Shown here one piece after another: positions 11,734-24,544 of a DNA stretch of 64,000 nucleotides; the first letter of the stretch is position 1, and each line of letters begins with the position of its first letter. The stretch lies in the NCBI GenBank assembly GCA_965178125.1, contig OZ237772.1, forward strand, positions 124,001-188,000. Reading direction: 5' to 3'. The translations under genes were made by a program, and so were the position numbers. The DNA comes from Bilabrum cf. latius (lineage: Eukaryota). The notes beneath the pieces were generated by a model, which was not told the origin of the DNA, searched no databases, and saw only the letters and a program-made list of their open reading frames with translations.

Positions 11734-12158
11734 GGGCATGCCGGTCTCCCGCAGCATATTCTTGATCCTCGTTAGGCCCATCGGGGGCATCCACCTTGCT
11801 TGCCAGTGGGCATGCCGGTCTCTTGCAGCATATTCTTGATCCTCGTTAGGCCCATCGGGGGCATCCACCTTGCTTGCCAGTGGGCATGCCGGTCTCTTGC
11901 AGCATATTCTTGATCCTCGTTAGGCCCATCGGGGGCATCCACCTTGCTTGCCAGTGGGCATGCTGGTCTCCTGCAGCATATTCTTGATCCTCGTTAGGCC
12001 CATCGGGGGCATCCACCTTGCTTGCCAGTGGGCATGCTGGTCTCCTGCAGCATATTCTTGATCCTCGTTAGGCCCATCGGGGGCATCCACCTTGCTTGCC
12101 AGTGGGCATGCTGGTCTCCTGCAGCATATTCTTGATCCTCGTTAGGCCCATCGGGGGC
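11734..12158. repeat. Minisatellite, 74-bp unit x ~5.7
   Basis: Unit GGGCATGCCGGTCTCTTGCAGCATATTCTTGATCCTCGTTAGGCCCATCGGGGGCATCCACCTTGCTTGCCAGT at 11734, 11808, 11882, 11956, 12030, 12104 (partial). Confidence 0.97.
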
Positions 12159-12430
12159 AGAGGCCAACAGGCGGGTGGATGGACGGGTAGTATGCCAGGT
12201 CGGCCAGGACCTGAACGAGCTGACCCTGCCCGGGTCGGGTTATGAATCTGATCATGGCTTGCTTTGTTGAGCTGTAAACGGATCAGGGCGTTGAGGCCTT
12301 CAACAAGTTGTCGTCATCCCTAGTAGCAACCCGGAACTGCAACTAAACGAATCCATCTGCCGAAAATTAAGGAATTCGTGGGTTTCACGTGACAGAAAGT
12401 GCAACCACTGGATTAGCTGTGGAATATTGT

Positions 12431-14898
12431 ATGCATATGACATGTGGTGCAGGCGAGGCTTCGGTAGCTTAGCCGCATGGGGCCGTAATAACTGTTTTGC
12501 TGTGCTGCACATTGATGTGTACAGTTCAGGCTTCAAGCGAAACACTCGGCGACCAGCAGGAATCTGTTGTGAGTCAAACGAAAACAATCATACATGTTCC
12601 TTATACAAACGGTGCATTCGGTGATTTGTTGTGCCGAACAGCCCTTCCTCAAATGCATGGTTTGTTCGAATGTGCCTCTCCCACCAGATTCGCTGCACTG
12701 TTGCACAATATATATATATCGATTTCTTGCAGATTTCAATACAATCAGGGCCAGTATGGCTTCCGCTGCAGTCTCGCGGTATACCGTACGAAGCCGCTAC
12801 CGCCTGCAAGTTGTCGCAGCAGGGGCTCTCCAGCGAGGGAGAGGTATCGACTGGCATTGAGCTCAGGCCAGGTGTGAACTAGAGGTGCGTTAGACGGTGT
12901 TTCGTCAATGCAACCGTACATGACGGACGGATCTCCCGCTGGCTGGAGCTTGCATAGAACCACGCGAGGCTACACTGGACGCTGGATGGAATACCTGCAG
13001 TCGTCAGAAATGCGATCAACCAAGGCACTTCCAAAGACTATCGCGGAAACGGAATCCCACTGGTGCTGAAATATGACCAGGATTCAGGCAATGCAGCGTA
13101 TGCTATCTTAAACCATCACTACATCACGGTAAAGTACGCCCGCACCGATGCTGGTACGCTTCACCTTCCTGCCGGTTCCAGGACCAGTACCAGTGCCAGT
13201 GCCAGTGCCAGTGCCGCCCACTGGCACTAGAACGTATCGATAGCAGTGGTGGGATTCGAGGTATATGCGACATCTATGGCTGGCCTAGAACTGACAACGA
13301 GTGGTCAACGTGCTGGCACAGAACCCTTCTGCAACACTTTCTCACAGTCCAAAGAAACTGCCAGTGGTGCTGGAGGGGTCGGAAGGACCCGGAGCTCCAG
13401 CGGGGCGCAAGGGGGTCACAGTGCTCCTGTTTCAGGCGTTGTGCAATTGACCGACAAATAGGGCCATAGTGTGGATTCGCTGCAGCAGTGGTTCACGTAC
13501 GACGTCACCTGGGCGGAGGATCCCATGGCCAAAGTGGAGGACAGGTGGAGATAGTACGAGCAGGCCACTGGCTTGTTCGAGCAGCGGACCATGGCGCACT
13601 GGAACTCGTGGCTGGTAGTATTCTTCGCCGCTGCGTTCGCTGTCGTCACACTCGTTAAATTGATGCGATCAAACTACCAAGACGATCGCGCTGCAGACGA
13701 GGAGGGCGGACGGGGCGGCATCAACGCATTCCCAGCAGAAGCCCAAGGGCAGCAAGTGCCACGAGCGTGGATTGCAGTGGCCAAAGACGTGTTTCGCCCA
13801 CCATCGTCCGGATTGGATCGCATCCGACTAGTGGCCATAGTGGGTGCTGGTCTATCCATGGGAATTGCAGCAACTACAGTTGCCATCCTGGACTGGGTGC
13901 ACGGTCCCAGGACTGGATGGATTGCCGCCCAGATACGGCGCTTTGTGGTTGCCCTCCCGGCAGCCAGCTGGTTATCAGGGTTTGTTGTTGGACGCCTGTG
14001 GCACGACATGGGAGAGCGGCGTCTTGTGGTTGTTTCGGCTCTCCACGCATCGATCGGGCCTGCGTGGGCTATTGTGATGTCGGTGGCTCTGATGGGCATG
14101 GGCTGGGTCGGTGCCGGCAGCATAGAATCGGTGGAGGGCGGCGAATGGGCGGGGTTAAGCGGCAGCATTCAATGGGGTGTGCTGGTGTTAATGCTTCTCG
14201 GGCCCGTTCCTCTTGGCGTTGCTGGAGTAACGTGCGGTTTCCAGCGTGCTGCTCGAGCCCATCAGTGCCGCACCCAGCGGCATACACCTGGGGTTGAGAG
14301 GATGACGACCGCACTAGATCTAGTCCGAGACGATTCATGGATCCCACCATCTCCAACTTGGCGGCAGGTGCCACGACCCATCCCGGGAGATGGCAATACC
14401 CGATTGTTCATTCGATTGTCGTTGATGGTCGCGATAGGCTTGCTACCAGCGGGCGCCGTGTGGCTCGAGCTCATGGTCGGATTGCGGTCAGTGCAGCTTG
14501 GGGAACAGTACCACGCTGGAGTGCACTTGCTCATGGCTATCGTGTGTATGATGTTGACGAGTGGACTCGGAGCTGTGCTTTCAACTTCGGTCCTGCTGCA
14601 CCGAGAAGACCACGAGTGGCAAGCTGCGGCCTGGGGCGGGGGCATTTCAGCCGGGACATGGGTGGCAGTGATGAGCCTGATACACGCAGGCAGCACCTGG
14701 GCTAATTCTTTGAACGGGCAAGAAACCAGACAGGCTGCACCAGAGCTGCTGCCTTGGGGTCCTCATCCGCAATTGATCGTGCTGGTCCTGCTGGTCTTGC
14801 TAGCGTGTGGGATCGGGCTGGTGTCTGGTGCTGTGGGGTACGCGACTGCCTGGCTCTTTCTAATGAGGACCTACGCAAAGCTCCGAGCAGGGCCGTGA
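12431..14898 (+). CDS. TM9SF: Divergent transmembrane-9 superfamily (nonaspanin/EMP70) protein, ~767 aa; exons 12431-12568 and 12733-14898
   Basis: Signal-like VITVLLCCTLMCTVQA; intron GTGAGT...TTGCAG (12569-12732). With TAG read-through: LHWTLDGIPA, ILNHHYITVKY, VVGFEV, FTYDVTW, RW..Y...AHWNSW, GW..VAKDVFRPP, RQVPRPIP, EDHEWQ, multiple TM helices; ends TGA. Confidence 0.88.
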
Positions 14899-15581
14899 CT
14901 ATCCCACAGTGCAGTGATTCCGGTGTACTCCGGTCTGCCATGCGGGGCAGTAGATTATGCCAGGACAGGCTGCAGGAAAGTGCAGGGGCGGCATGCATTC
15001 CCACGGATAGAGAGTGAGCACAAGGGGCTCGGACCTGAGCGTATCCGTCAAGGGCTGCTAGAAAGGGGGTCTATAAGGCCAGGCGCGAGGCGATGGCGAT
15101 AGATAATATACGTCCCATAATTATCTGTATCTGGCTGCCCTCGCATCAGAGCAAGAAACGCGTGTACGCAGTGAATCGTCAGGAAAGTGCGATGCGATGG
15201 GCCACCTACCCGAAATTCGGAGCTTACGGCGGTACTAACGGCCAGTGACGGAGACACAGGAAGGCATCTAGCTGGACTAATGCGCTAGAATAAATACACG
15301 GGTTTTCAATGTTTGAATCAGTCGTAGCTTAAAATGCCTTGCGTTTGGAGCTGGCGTGAGTGAACCACTCATCTTGCGACCAGGGTGGTCAAGGATAGGT
15401 CGCAAGGCCACCGGACATTACGCGCGGTCACGCTCTATAAGGACATGGCGAAACAGCATAATGAAAGGAAAGGGGTGCATGGCGAGACAATCCTTGGATC
15501 TAGATCTACACTTAGAGTTCCAGCTCCGGATACAATGCTTTTCCCATGTTAGGGCGTTCTCAGTGCAACTGAAGCAGAAAC

Positions 15582-18500
15582 ATGGCTAGTTCAGGAGGAA
15601 ACATACCCAATACATGTACTGCCAAAGCATATTGGGGATTTACGACCCAGATTCGGGGGATAGTGCTATTGGATCCATCAAAGGACGTTGGACAGTACAA
15701 GGTGCCGACTGAGGAGGAGCTATAGCGCTTTACGTCTTCCACTAATGATGCCTTGAACGGAAATTGTGACGAATCATATATTGATACAGATAGGACTGTT
15801 GTGTACCTTCAGAAGTACGGCCTCCACTTGCTGCGCTGGAAGCTTCGCCACGGTATCGTCAGTCTCGGTGGCCACGATTCAGCTATGAAGGGCCTTTTCC
15901 ATCCGCTGTAGTCAATTTGCACTCATGTTTGTCGGGAGAGCGAATCAGACAGCGATTACAGAATGGATTTTATCTAGAAGGGGTGAGGAGAGTTGAGGTG
16001 CCTCAGTACTCAGCAGTAGTATTTCCCATTGCATGCAAAGATGCATTGTATCTGCTTCCTTGGACCATGTATCGCAGCTTTTTGCGCCATATACGAGAAT
16101 ATTTGCAATATCAAAGCCTCCCTGCCTTCCAGGGCAAATCAGGCCCTGCTCTGCTGATTGAATTTGGCCGGAAGTGGGAAGAGCTGCTGCTACTGACCGA
16201 TTGGTACCGTCGAGTGCACTTGCATGTCGAGTCTAGGCTACCGAACGACTGTGAAACATCCGGATCTCGACCCAAGAGTCTCACTGAAATGTCAGTGGCA
16301 GAGTTTCGAGACGTGAGCAGGGTTGGTGTCCAAGTGTTGCTCACCGCAGACTCCAACCCCGGATCTGGTGGATCCTGTGGGCGCCCAATCATGATGCTAT
16401 GCTAGCAATTCCATGTATCACGTCAACCTCGCGTCCATTGAAGATCCAGCTATCCCCGACATCTATGTTCGCAGATTGTGCTCTCTCCGCTCAAGACGCG
16501 CCTCCTCATCGCAATTCAAGCAGAGGTGGTGCGGTATGCCTCGCGCAAAGAGACTCACGTTGACCGCGCCACTCTCAGGTCTGCCATCGAGTCAGTCCTC
16601 ACGATCGAAGCCCTTGAGAAGCTGACGGGTATCCGCAGCGTCATTAGTCTGAGGCGGGCATCGAAGTCCGCAAAGGTTATAGTCGATAGCGAGACATACG
16701 ACCGCTCGATCGAATGGACCTACAAGATCTCTGCACAGCACGCGGCCAAGCTGGCCGCGCAGGAGTGGCAGGAGGGCGATTCTGTGCCCGAGTACGTTGC
16801 CAAAGTGCATGCATATCTGGCGGAAGAAGAATCCAGCTGCGCTAGTTTCCTGTACCCCGCTTCTGTCCCTGGGATTCGTTCAGTGCTCGTGCACGTGCTC
16901 GTGTTTGACAGGCTGAAGTGGATGCTGCAGGGGTCCAGCACTGGGCTTCGTGACATGCTGCGGCATGGCAGACGCGATGACATCAATCGGCTATTCGTCT
17001 TGGCGTGCCAGCTGCAGGGAGGGCGGGGTGTCATTGCCATGGGTAAAGTCATCCGGAACCACGTGTCGATGCAGATCGAGGGGCTGCTGAGAGAGCGCGG
17101 TGACTTCATTGCCCACCTCCGCAGTCGCTCCGTCAAGAAAGTAAACGATGGTGCTGGGACTGGTGCTGGTGCTGGTGCTGGTGCTGGTGCTGGCGCTGGT
17201 GCTGGTGCTGGCGCTGGTGCTGGTGCTGGTGCTGGTGCTGGTGCTGGTGCTGGTGCTGGTGCTGGTGCTGGTGCTGGTGCTGGTGCTGGTGCTGGTGCTG
17301 GTGCTGGTGCTTGTGCTAGTGCTGGTGCTGCAGGCAAGAGCGGGCGAGCACCGGCGCATGCAAAGCACTCAGGTCGCTCTCTCTAGCGCGACCCCATGCT
17401 CATTGGCAGTCTCATCGACACGTGTGAGGGATGGAGGGATTTGCTCATAGAGCAGCTGGGTAACAACGAAGTGATTGCTGCCAACATCGATAGTGGCATA
17501 AAGACGTCGATAAACGCAGTGCCGCAAGGCTGCGAAGCCAAATGGGTCGCAGTTCCCGTTCTCCTGGCCAGCTACACTGACATGGTGCTGCGAGGCACTG
17601 ACCGCGGCGATCGGCTGTCGGAAGCAGACATCAGGGAGAAAATCGAGCGGGTCTGTCGGCTGTTCCGGTTTATCAGCTCCAGGGACCTATTCCAGAGCAG
17701 CCTTGAGGAGCACATGTCAACAAGGCTGCTGGGGAACTAGTCGGCTTCCTTCGACGCGGAAGAGGCTCTGCTGGCGGGGCTGAAAACCGATGCAGGGGTG
17801 ATGTACGTGCGGGCCTTGCGCAACAAAATGGTCGACTTCAGATACAAGGACGAATCAATGGATTCGTACAGCGAGACGTGGGCGAGTGAAGGAGCTGCGC
17901 TGATTGCCGCTGAAGGAGACCCTCTTGCAGCGCAGGCCAGCTGCGCTGGAGGTGCTCCCTTCGATTTCAGCTGCAAGGTTCTCACTGGGGCTTTTTGGCC
18001 CGCGACACAGTCGTCGGTGGAGTCAGTCCCGCCCCCACTCCCGATGCAGGTGGCAATTGACCACCATCGCAATGCGTACCGGGCCCAGCACACGGACGAT
18101 CGCAGGCTGCGGTACTCCATGCAGCTGGGGTCGGCGGAGATGACCTTCACCCCATCCCACGCATCATCTGAAAAGTAGTACACTGTCACAACCTCGACCC
18201 TGCAGTGCATTGCAGTGCTTCGCATTCAACACCTTGAGGCGGGGGGCAAGGCTCCGTCGGTCGGGACACTGTGCGGCGATTTGCGCCTCGAGATACCTGT
18301 GCTGCAGAGAGTGCTGGACCCCATGCTCAAGCCGAGCAGGTTCAATGGAAGCGTGGGTCTCCTGCTGAATTCCAGTGCCGCTGGGGGGAACCGGCCTGGG
18401 CCGTTGCAGAGGGATGACACGGTTTCAATCAACGATGCATTCCAGGCTAGGCGCAGAAAGATCGCAGTGCGGGCGCTGTCGCTGTCCGTCAGGTCGCTGG

Positions 18501-18742
18501 CGACCAAGTCACGGACTAGTGTAGCGCTGCAGCGTAACAGCACGATGGACGCGTGTATCGTGCGAATCATGAAGAGCAGGAAGACCATGAAAATCGCGGA
18601 TTTGATCGCTGAGACTGGCAGGCAGATCAGAACCTTTGACATGGACCCGCGAGCGTGCAAGATCCGGATCGAGTCGCTCGTCGAGAATGACTACGTGGAG
18701 CGAAGCGAGAAAGATAGAAAGGTGATCGAGTACATTGCGTGA
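15582..18742 (+). CDS. CUL: Divergent cullin family protein, ~967 aa; exons 15582-15982, 16078-16312, 16475-18742
   Basis: Cullin motifs LLASYTDMVLRG, LFRFISSRDLF, RLLGN[TAG]SASFDAEEALLAGLK, VLTGAFWP, STLQCIAVL, and C-terminal neddylation region DACIVRIMKSRK...IESLVENDYVERSEKDRKVIEYIA-TGA. Two phase-compatible GT-AG introns. N-terminal exon is less certain. Confidence 0.9.
17150..17332 (+). repeat. (GGTGCT)n microsatellite encoding a poly-Gly-Ala insertion in the cullin
   Basis: About 30 near-perfect hexamer units in frame. Confidence 0.95.
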
Positions 18743-20180
18743 TTCATGGATGCAGGAGGGATGTGCGGTACCATTAGGTTAACAACCAGGCCAAGTAGCC
18801 TTTGCTGATCCAGGGCTTGTTTGCTCACTGCGTATCCGGAACCAAATATTTTCTCTTAACCATACGGACTGAAACAGTGTGCATAAAACGTCAGCCCACC
18901 TCTCAGACAGTTTTTCAGTTCTGGTGCAGGGAGATACAGTAACTATTTTGCGATGCAGCAGAATCTGAAGGATGTTGCCTTCGAAATTAATGCGGCCTAG
19001 CCTAAAACCGAGGGCAATGTCACTGCGGGTCCTACGAATGCTGGACTCTGTGCATCACTGCGTCTTCCTTGCTCATCAAGCCAGAGAGGATCCGCTGTCA
19101 TTCAGGCGACCCTCGCAACGCTGCCGATAATCTGGATGGTAAGTAAGGTTACGTTAGTTAGGTTATGTAAGTGTAAGCTTGTAAGCTTGCTTTATGCTGG
19201 GTTGGTTGCAGCCGTGACCCACACTTGCGCATCTCCAAGGGCGCCACTAAGCTCACCTTTCGCGGGGATCGGCGGTACGACCGATGCTGTTTCTGCTTGC
19301 ACCGGCGCTGCTGGTAGTGACAGCGCCAGTACCAGGGTAGGCATGAGGTTATCGCTTTCGGTGTACTATGGCTTCACCTGCACTCGCTGCTCGGTGAGAG
19401 CCTTGTCCCGACAAGCGTCTCCATTCAACCGATCTGCGCTTCAGCTCGTCCCCCTTTTCTCGCCTACGGCTGACAGGCCTTTTGTCCTCCACCACCTTTA
19501 TGGCGCTCGGCAGGACGCTCGCCCATGCGTACCATGTGGGGTTGGTGCCCGAACCGGCTCATACCGCCTGCCGAGCTGTCCATGGTGATGTCCTCGTCAA
19601 GGATTGTTGCAAGCATTGAACCACATCGCGTTGCATCTCTGCGCATAGCCACATCAGCAAGCTGCGTATTCTCGGTTATCCGATACGAGTTCTTGGAACG
19701 CTCAGTACACCCGCTTCGGAAAAGGCGAACGAGCTTAGGTGCCGCTGGATTCTCGCCGCCAGCCTGAGGCTGCTTGACGCTCATAGTCCCCAGTTCTGCG
19801 CTCACATTTGCGGTCACGTGGTGACAACGTCTTTTTCCTACCTGCACGCGCGAAATACTTGTGCGTTCTGCGCAGGCTTGCCTAGGTTTGCGCACGACGC
19901 GAACTCCTTCCACAGTACCTCCCAGCCAAGAGGCATTTATTTGGGAGGGCAAATCTGATTCCGGTACATGTGACCTGCGTTTTGCTGGATAGATAGTGTA
20001 AAAACAGGCAGGACCAAAATTTCGGCCACAAGTTTACGGTCTCGGGTCTTTAGATGCGTACCACAAGCGCTTGCAGTGCTGGTGCCGAGGCGCCGAGCTG
20101 AAGGAAGTCGGGCGCGCTCCTGAGTGGATACGAATCGAAACGCAGCTAACACTGAATACATGTGAACAAACTATAGTCAA

Positions 20181-23100
20181 TCAAACTAGGACGTCAAATG
20201 GCTGGCTCACAGCCGCAGCCCCGCGCTGCATCCAGTCGCGCACCTGTGGCAAGCCAGCGGCCCCTGTCGCTGCAAGCAGGAGCATACCAGGGGCGTTCGG
20301 GGTCGGCACCCCACGCTTCTATGATTGCTGTGCTTGCAGATTGCTCAAGCTCTCGCTGCTTGGAACTTTTCCGCTTGGCGGATTCACGGCATGCACCTTG
20401 TCGCCCGACTATTCGACCGCCCGCGAATCTTGTTGCATCGGCGAGCCAACTTGAAGCGCTCCAGACATATTCAGCTTGCCAGTCGCAATGCCATCAAAAC
20501 GCTGCATGATCTGGCCTTTCCCGGAATGGTGCTTTCTTGCGGCTTCAATCCTGCTCCGCCTAGAAGTGCCCTTCTGTTTGTGTCCTGCCCCGCTGCCGTT
20601 CGACACACTAAGCAGTGCCCGGACAGCATGCCTCAGTATGTTCAGCGCCGTAAAGACTAGTGCTAGCAAGCCAAGCATGCTGATGTTTCGACGATCGAGG
20701 GACAGTGCCCATGCCTGCACCACTAGCTGCACCACATCCTCTAGCACCAGCTGCGGAATCCCAAGCATCCGCACTCGGTGGCTCATCTCTCGTCTCCTTT
20801 TCGTGTCCTCTGGCGTGCCACCGCAGTACAGGCTGAAGCCCTTCTTGCGGAACAGCTCGCTCGTCAAAAGATCAAGCGCTTTGATCCCGAAGAGCGACAG
20901 GAACGCCACGGCGGACACCTCTCCGAAGTGGTTCTCAGTGTGTGCCACCATGCCATCCATTGGCCAGAGGCGCAGAAGCACCACTGCGAGTACCATGTTC
21001 ACAGCAACGGAAGCCGCGATAGACGCAATAGCCATGTACACCAGGCCTGGATTCTCGCACATACGTTCCTTCGCGAGCTGGTACGTAAAGCTAGCGTCAG
21101 ATACCACATCTAGAATCTGCAGGCACACGCTTGCTACGGTAAACGCGCCAGTGATAGACACATTTCCCAGGCATAGCAGGGCCACTGCCATCGCGGCAAC
21201 CACTGCAGCAACCACGATCACGGACACGGATAGCGCTCTAGCGTCGACCTGGATCGTGGGGCATACTTGCTGCAGGGCTGGCACGGTCCATGCGCCCTTG
21301 TAGCACAGGCATTTCTGTGCCTCTGGCGCCCCAAGCCCGGGCAGGATATCTACACCAGTGGTGCTGGTGGTGCTGGAGGTGCTGGTGTTCAGTGCTATTA
21401 GTTCTCTAGTCAGGAGCCGCTCGTGCACCAGCTACCGGACAACGCGGGCAGGCAGCACGTCGGTATAGGCAGCGTCATTTTCCGGTTCTCCATCTGGGCC
21501 GAACCCTGGAGAGTTGACTCTGACCAGCACATCCACAGCGGATGCCAAGTCTTTGCTTTGCCTCGCCTGCAGCACCACGAATTGATCGCTCCAAGTAACA
21601 CCCGGTCGCAACGACGGCCTCCCTCTCACCGTCTCCATGCCTGCCGCCTTCACTAAAGCCACCGGCAGTCTTCGCCTGATTGTCTCCAGGCTCATGCTCA
21701 TACCCCTGCCGCCCGACTAAACGTCCTCGGAGGCAGAAGAATCCGATCCGATACCCAAAGTGCCCGAGATAGACACCTGCATGTAGATATGCTCGCGCAT
21801 ATTCTCCTCTATAGATACAAAGACGGGCGCAGAGCTCGGGGACGGGGTCGGGGTCGGTGAATCTGCGATGGGGGGCCAGCGGCTGGCTGCTGCTGTCGCG
21901 CTGGCGGTGGGACTCGGTGTCAAGCTCGGTGTTGGGGACGTGCTTGGGCTACTGGACGGCGTCTGCGTAGCAGATGAGGATGGCGTCGCCGTGGTCGTGG
22001 TTGAGGGCGATACGCTCGGGGTGGGCGAAGGAGTTGGAGTGGCCCTTACAGCGGGATCGAAGGACCAAAGGAAGCTCGCTCCCAGCTGGCCGGCAGCAGC
22101 AGCAGCCGCAGTGTCGTTCCTTGCACCAGAGAACAAGAGCAGCTCCCTATCTATACCAGGCGGGGCGAACGGCAGGAAACTCTGCGGATTGGAGGACTAG
22201 TTGCCTGGCACCACATCGTCTACGAAGAATGGAAACTGCCTCGTCAACGGTATGTACCCCCACACCTCCCTCCCCCTGTTCCCTGGCTTTGACTCCGCCG
22301 AGAAATACACAACACCTTGTGGTCCAACGGAGAGGTCCCTCGGCTCGTATGAGCTGGAGAGGATCACACGTGGCGGCTGGCTCCAGTTGGATGGGTTCAT
22401 CTCGATCAGGCTGGGGGGCACTGCCCCGAGCATGATGTCCTCGCTGCTCCTGCTCGCGGTCAGCAGCAGCGTGTCGTTGTCGATTTGCAGCAGGTGCCGG
22501 GGGTCGGTCCAGCCGCCCCGGTAGGACAACACGGCATTGAAAGCAGGCTCCTCTGAGAATGGCGGCACCACGTACAGCGAATAGACGAATGCGAACTCGT
22601 CGATGGCTCGCACGAACAAGCCGGCGGGGAGCCCCGTCAGCAGTGGGACTCCAGTGCTCCCAAGGTCCAGGTCCAGTCCCTCGATCCATTGGGGCGCGTT
22701 GGCGCCGTCGTACCACCATAGTTCGTCGCTTTCCCGGTCCGTCCACGCGATGAAGAAGAGCTTTTCATTGAATACCGTCAGCTCCCTCAGCTGCGAAGAG
22801 GGTCGGCCGGCGTTGATGTCGGCCACGAGCTCGGGCTGGCCTACTCCGGTGTATCGATACAGCTCATCGCCGATTTCTTCCCCTCCGAAAATAGACAGGT
22901 ACAGTGCGTGCGGCCCCATTCCACCGAATACGCACATGGAGTCTGCTCCCCACGTGTTGCTGACGAGTCGTGCGGATGCCTGGCCTGGATCTGCTTCCAG
23001 CTCCTAGATGCTGTATGAATGGAGCTCGAAGAAACCAATGAAGCTGGTGATTGCGCTGAAGTATAAACGGTCTTTATATTCGATCATCCCGCGTGGTAAT

Positions 23101-23475
23101 GATGATTCATCCCCCTGCATCAGATCGTCGACCAGTTCCACCCCGGCAGCATCCGATACCCACAACTCTGCCCCATGCGTCTCATCCCATCCCTGAAAGT
23201 AGAGTCTGTTCCTAATACGAACAATATCGTTGGCAATACTGGGGCTAGAAATAGGCTTGGATACGCTGGAGGGTGCACTGGATAGCCTCCTCTCTGCCCT
23301 GACGCACGCCTGTCGTCCATGGCACGCTGCGGCCTAGGCTACCACATCGTTGCCGTCCCCGTCCAAGGAAAGATGTTGTTTGATCACATGTGTCTGATGC
23401 AACAACTGAGCTCAGAATAAGTACAGCGAGCCAAGCAGACAAAGCACCCGTATGGCAGGAGTCTCTGGTGCCCAT
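20181..23475 (-). CDS. ELWxxDGT-like repeat extracellular domain, Ser/Thr/Pro stalk and multi-pass TM domain (surface receptor-like), ~1050-1100 aa
   Basis: ORFs 22197-22937, 21717-22136, 21432-21701 and 20409-21428 are in one frame, joined by TAGs, ending TGA 20181-20183. Repeats RLYFQGWDETHGAELWVSD, DRLYFSA, GDELYRYTG, KLFFIAWTDRESDELWWYDG, VVYFSAE..NRGREVW. Signal-like exon (ALSAWLAVLILSSVVAS) lies in another frame, so a 5' intron is needed; its boundaries are unresolved. Confidence 0.75.
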
Positions 23476-24391
23476 GATCTTTGTCGGCAGAAGCAGCGCG
23501 TGCCTATCCATAGTATCGGGGATCACAATATTCGTCTTCTCATGAAATGCATACTGCTATTTCCCTTCCCGTCATTAAATCGATTTTTATACGCTACATA
23601 GCAAAACTCTTTTCGATTTTGTGGAGTTCCTTCTTCCTTTTGCTTTCTCTTTGGGCCTTGGCCCTTACTTTCAGGGGACAATTGCGGGTCTCTTTATCGT
23701 TTTGTTTTCTAAGATCGTCTGTGATGGCCCCATCTAGCGGTTGTGACGTCATCCGTGGTGATCTGCCGTGCCGATGCCTGGCCGATGCGTGCGTGGTGGG
23801 CTACTGGTGGCACACGTTACTTTGTGTGGTATCCGGATTCTGGCCATGGGCGACGAGGGGCCCACGAGGCCTGTACAATACAACCAAGCGCGCAGTATCC
23901 TCTTGCATATCCACACTGATGACCCAGTCATTCCCCACAACGTTTCCAATCGCAAACACATCCGTTGGAGAAACCGTACGCGCCCAGCATCGTAAGCGCC
24001 CAGCACCGTACGCGAGGCCCATGACGCTGCCCACGACGCGCACCTGCCTTGCACTGCCTCCCACCCTATCCATTCTCCAAGCAGCCCCACCCTTCCCATA
24101 TAGTGCTCCCGTCGAATCCATCGAAAGGCTCAAAGACAACGCAGGTATGCAATTTCTCGGACCTCCTTGCAGCACGTCGGAAGAGGTAGACTCACCCATG
24201 TGAGACTCTGCTCGAGCCACACAAGCGCCCACCCGGAATCTCTGCTAATTTTCATCGCATGCAACTATCTTAGCGTGCTTCGTATCGCGTTGCGGTAAGT
24301 TCCAATGCTCTCTGGAGCACTGGCTCGCAAATCCTCGGCACTTCTGAATCGCCGCAGCACAGGCCCGCAGGCCGACCGGTACACTTGATCG

Positions 24392-24544
24392 CAAGCACAG
24401 GGGCCAGTCACAGATGCACGCAGTCCAGGCCTACCTCTCCCAAGCACAGGGGCCAGTCACAGATGCACGCAGTCCAGGCCTGCCTCTCCCAAGCACAGGG
24501 GCCAGTCACACATGCACGCAGTGCAGGCCTGCCTCTCGCAAGCA
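24392..24544. repeat. Tandem repeat, 49-bp unit x ~3, overlapping the stop of the 24506-29232 gene
   Basis: CAAGCACAGGGGCCAGTCACAGATGCACGCAGTCCAGGCCT(A/G)CCTCTCC at 24392, 24441, 24490. Confidence 0.9.

Noticed and set aside
10865-12158. CRISPR array interpretation of the 66-bp and 74-bp repeats
   Set aside because: Units are head-to-tail with no unique spacers, there are no cas genes, and the DNA is eukaryotic.
19136-19952. Possible small gene between the cullin and the ELWxxDGT gene
   Set aside because: Short overlapping frames on both strands, no motif and no convincing splice model.
23547-24232. ORFs 23547-24203 (+) and 23801-24232 (-)
   Set aside because: No recognisable domain and mutually overlapping; cannot choose a coding strand.
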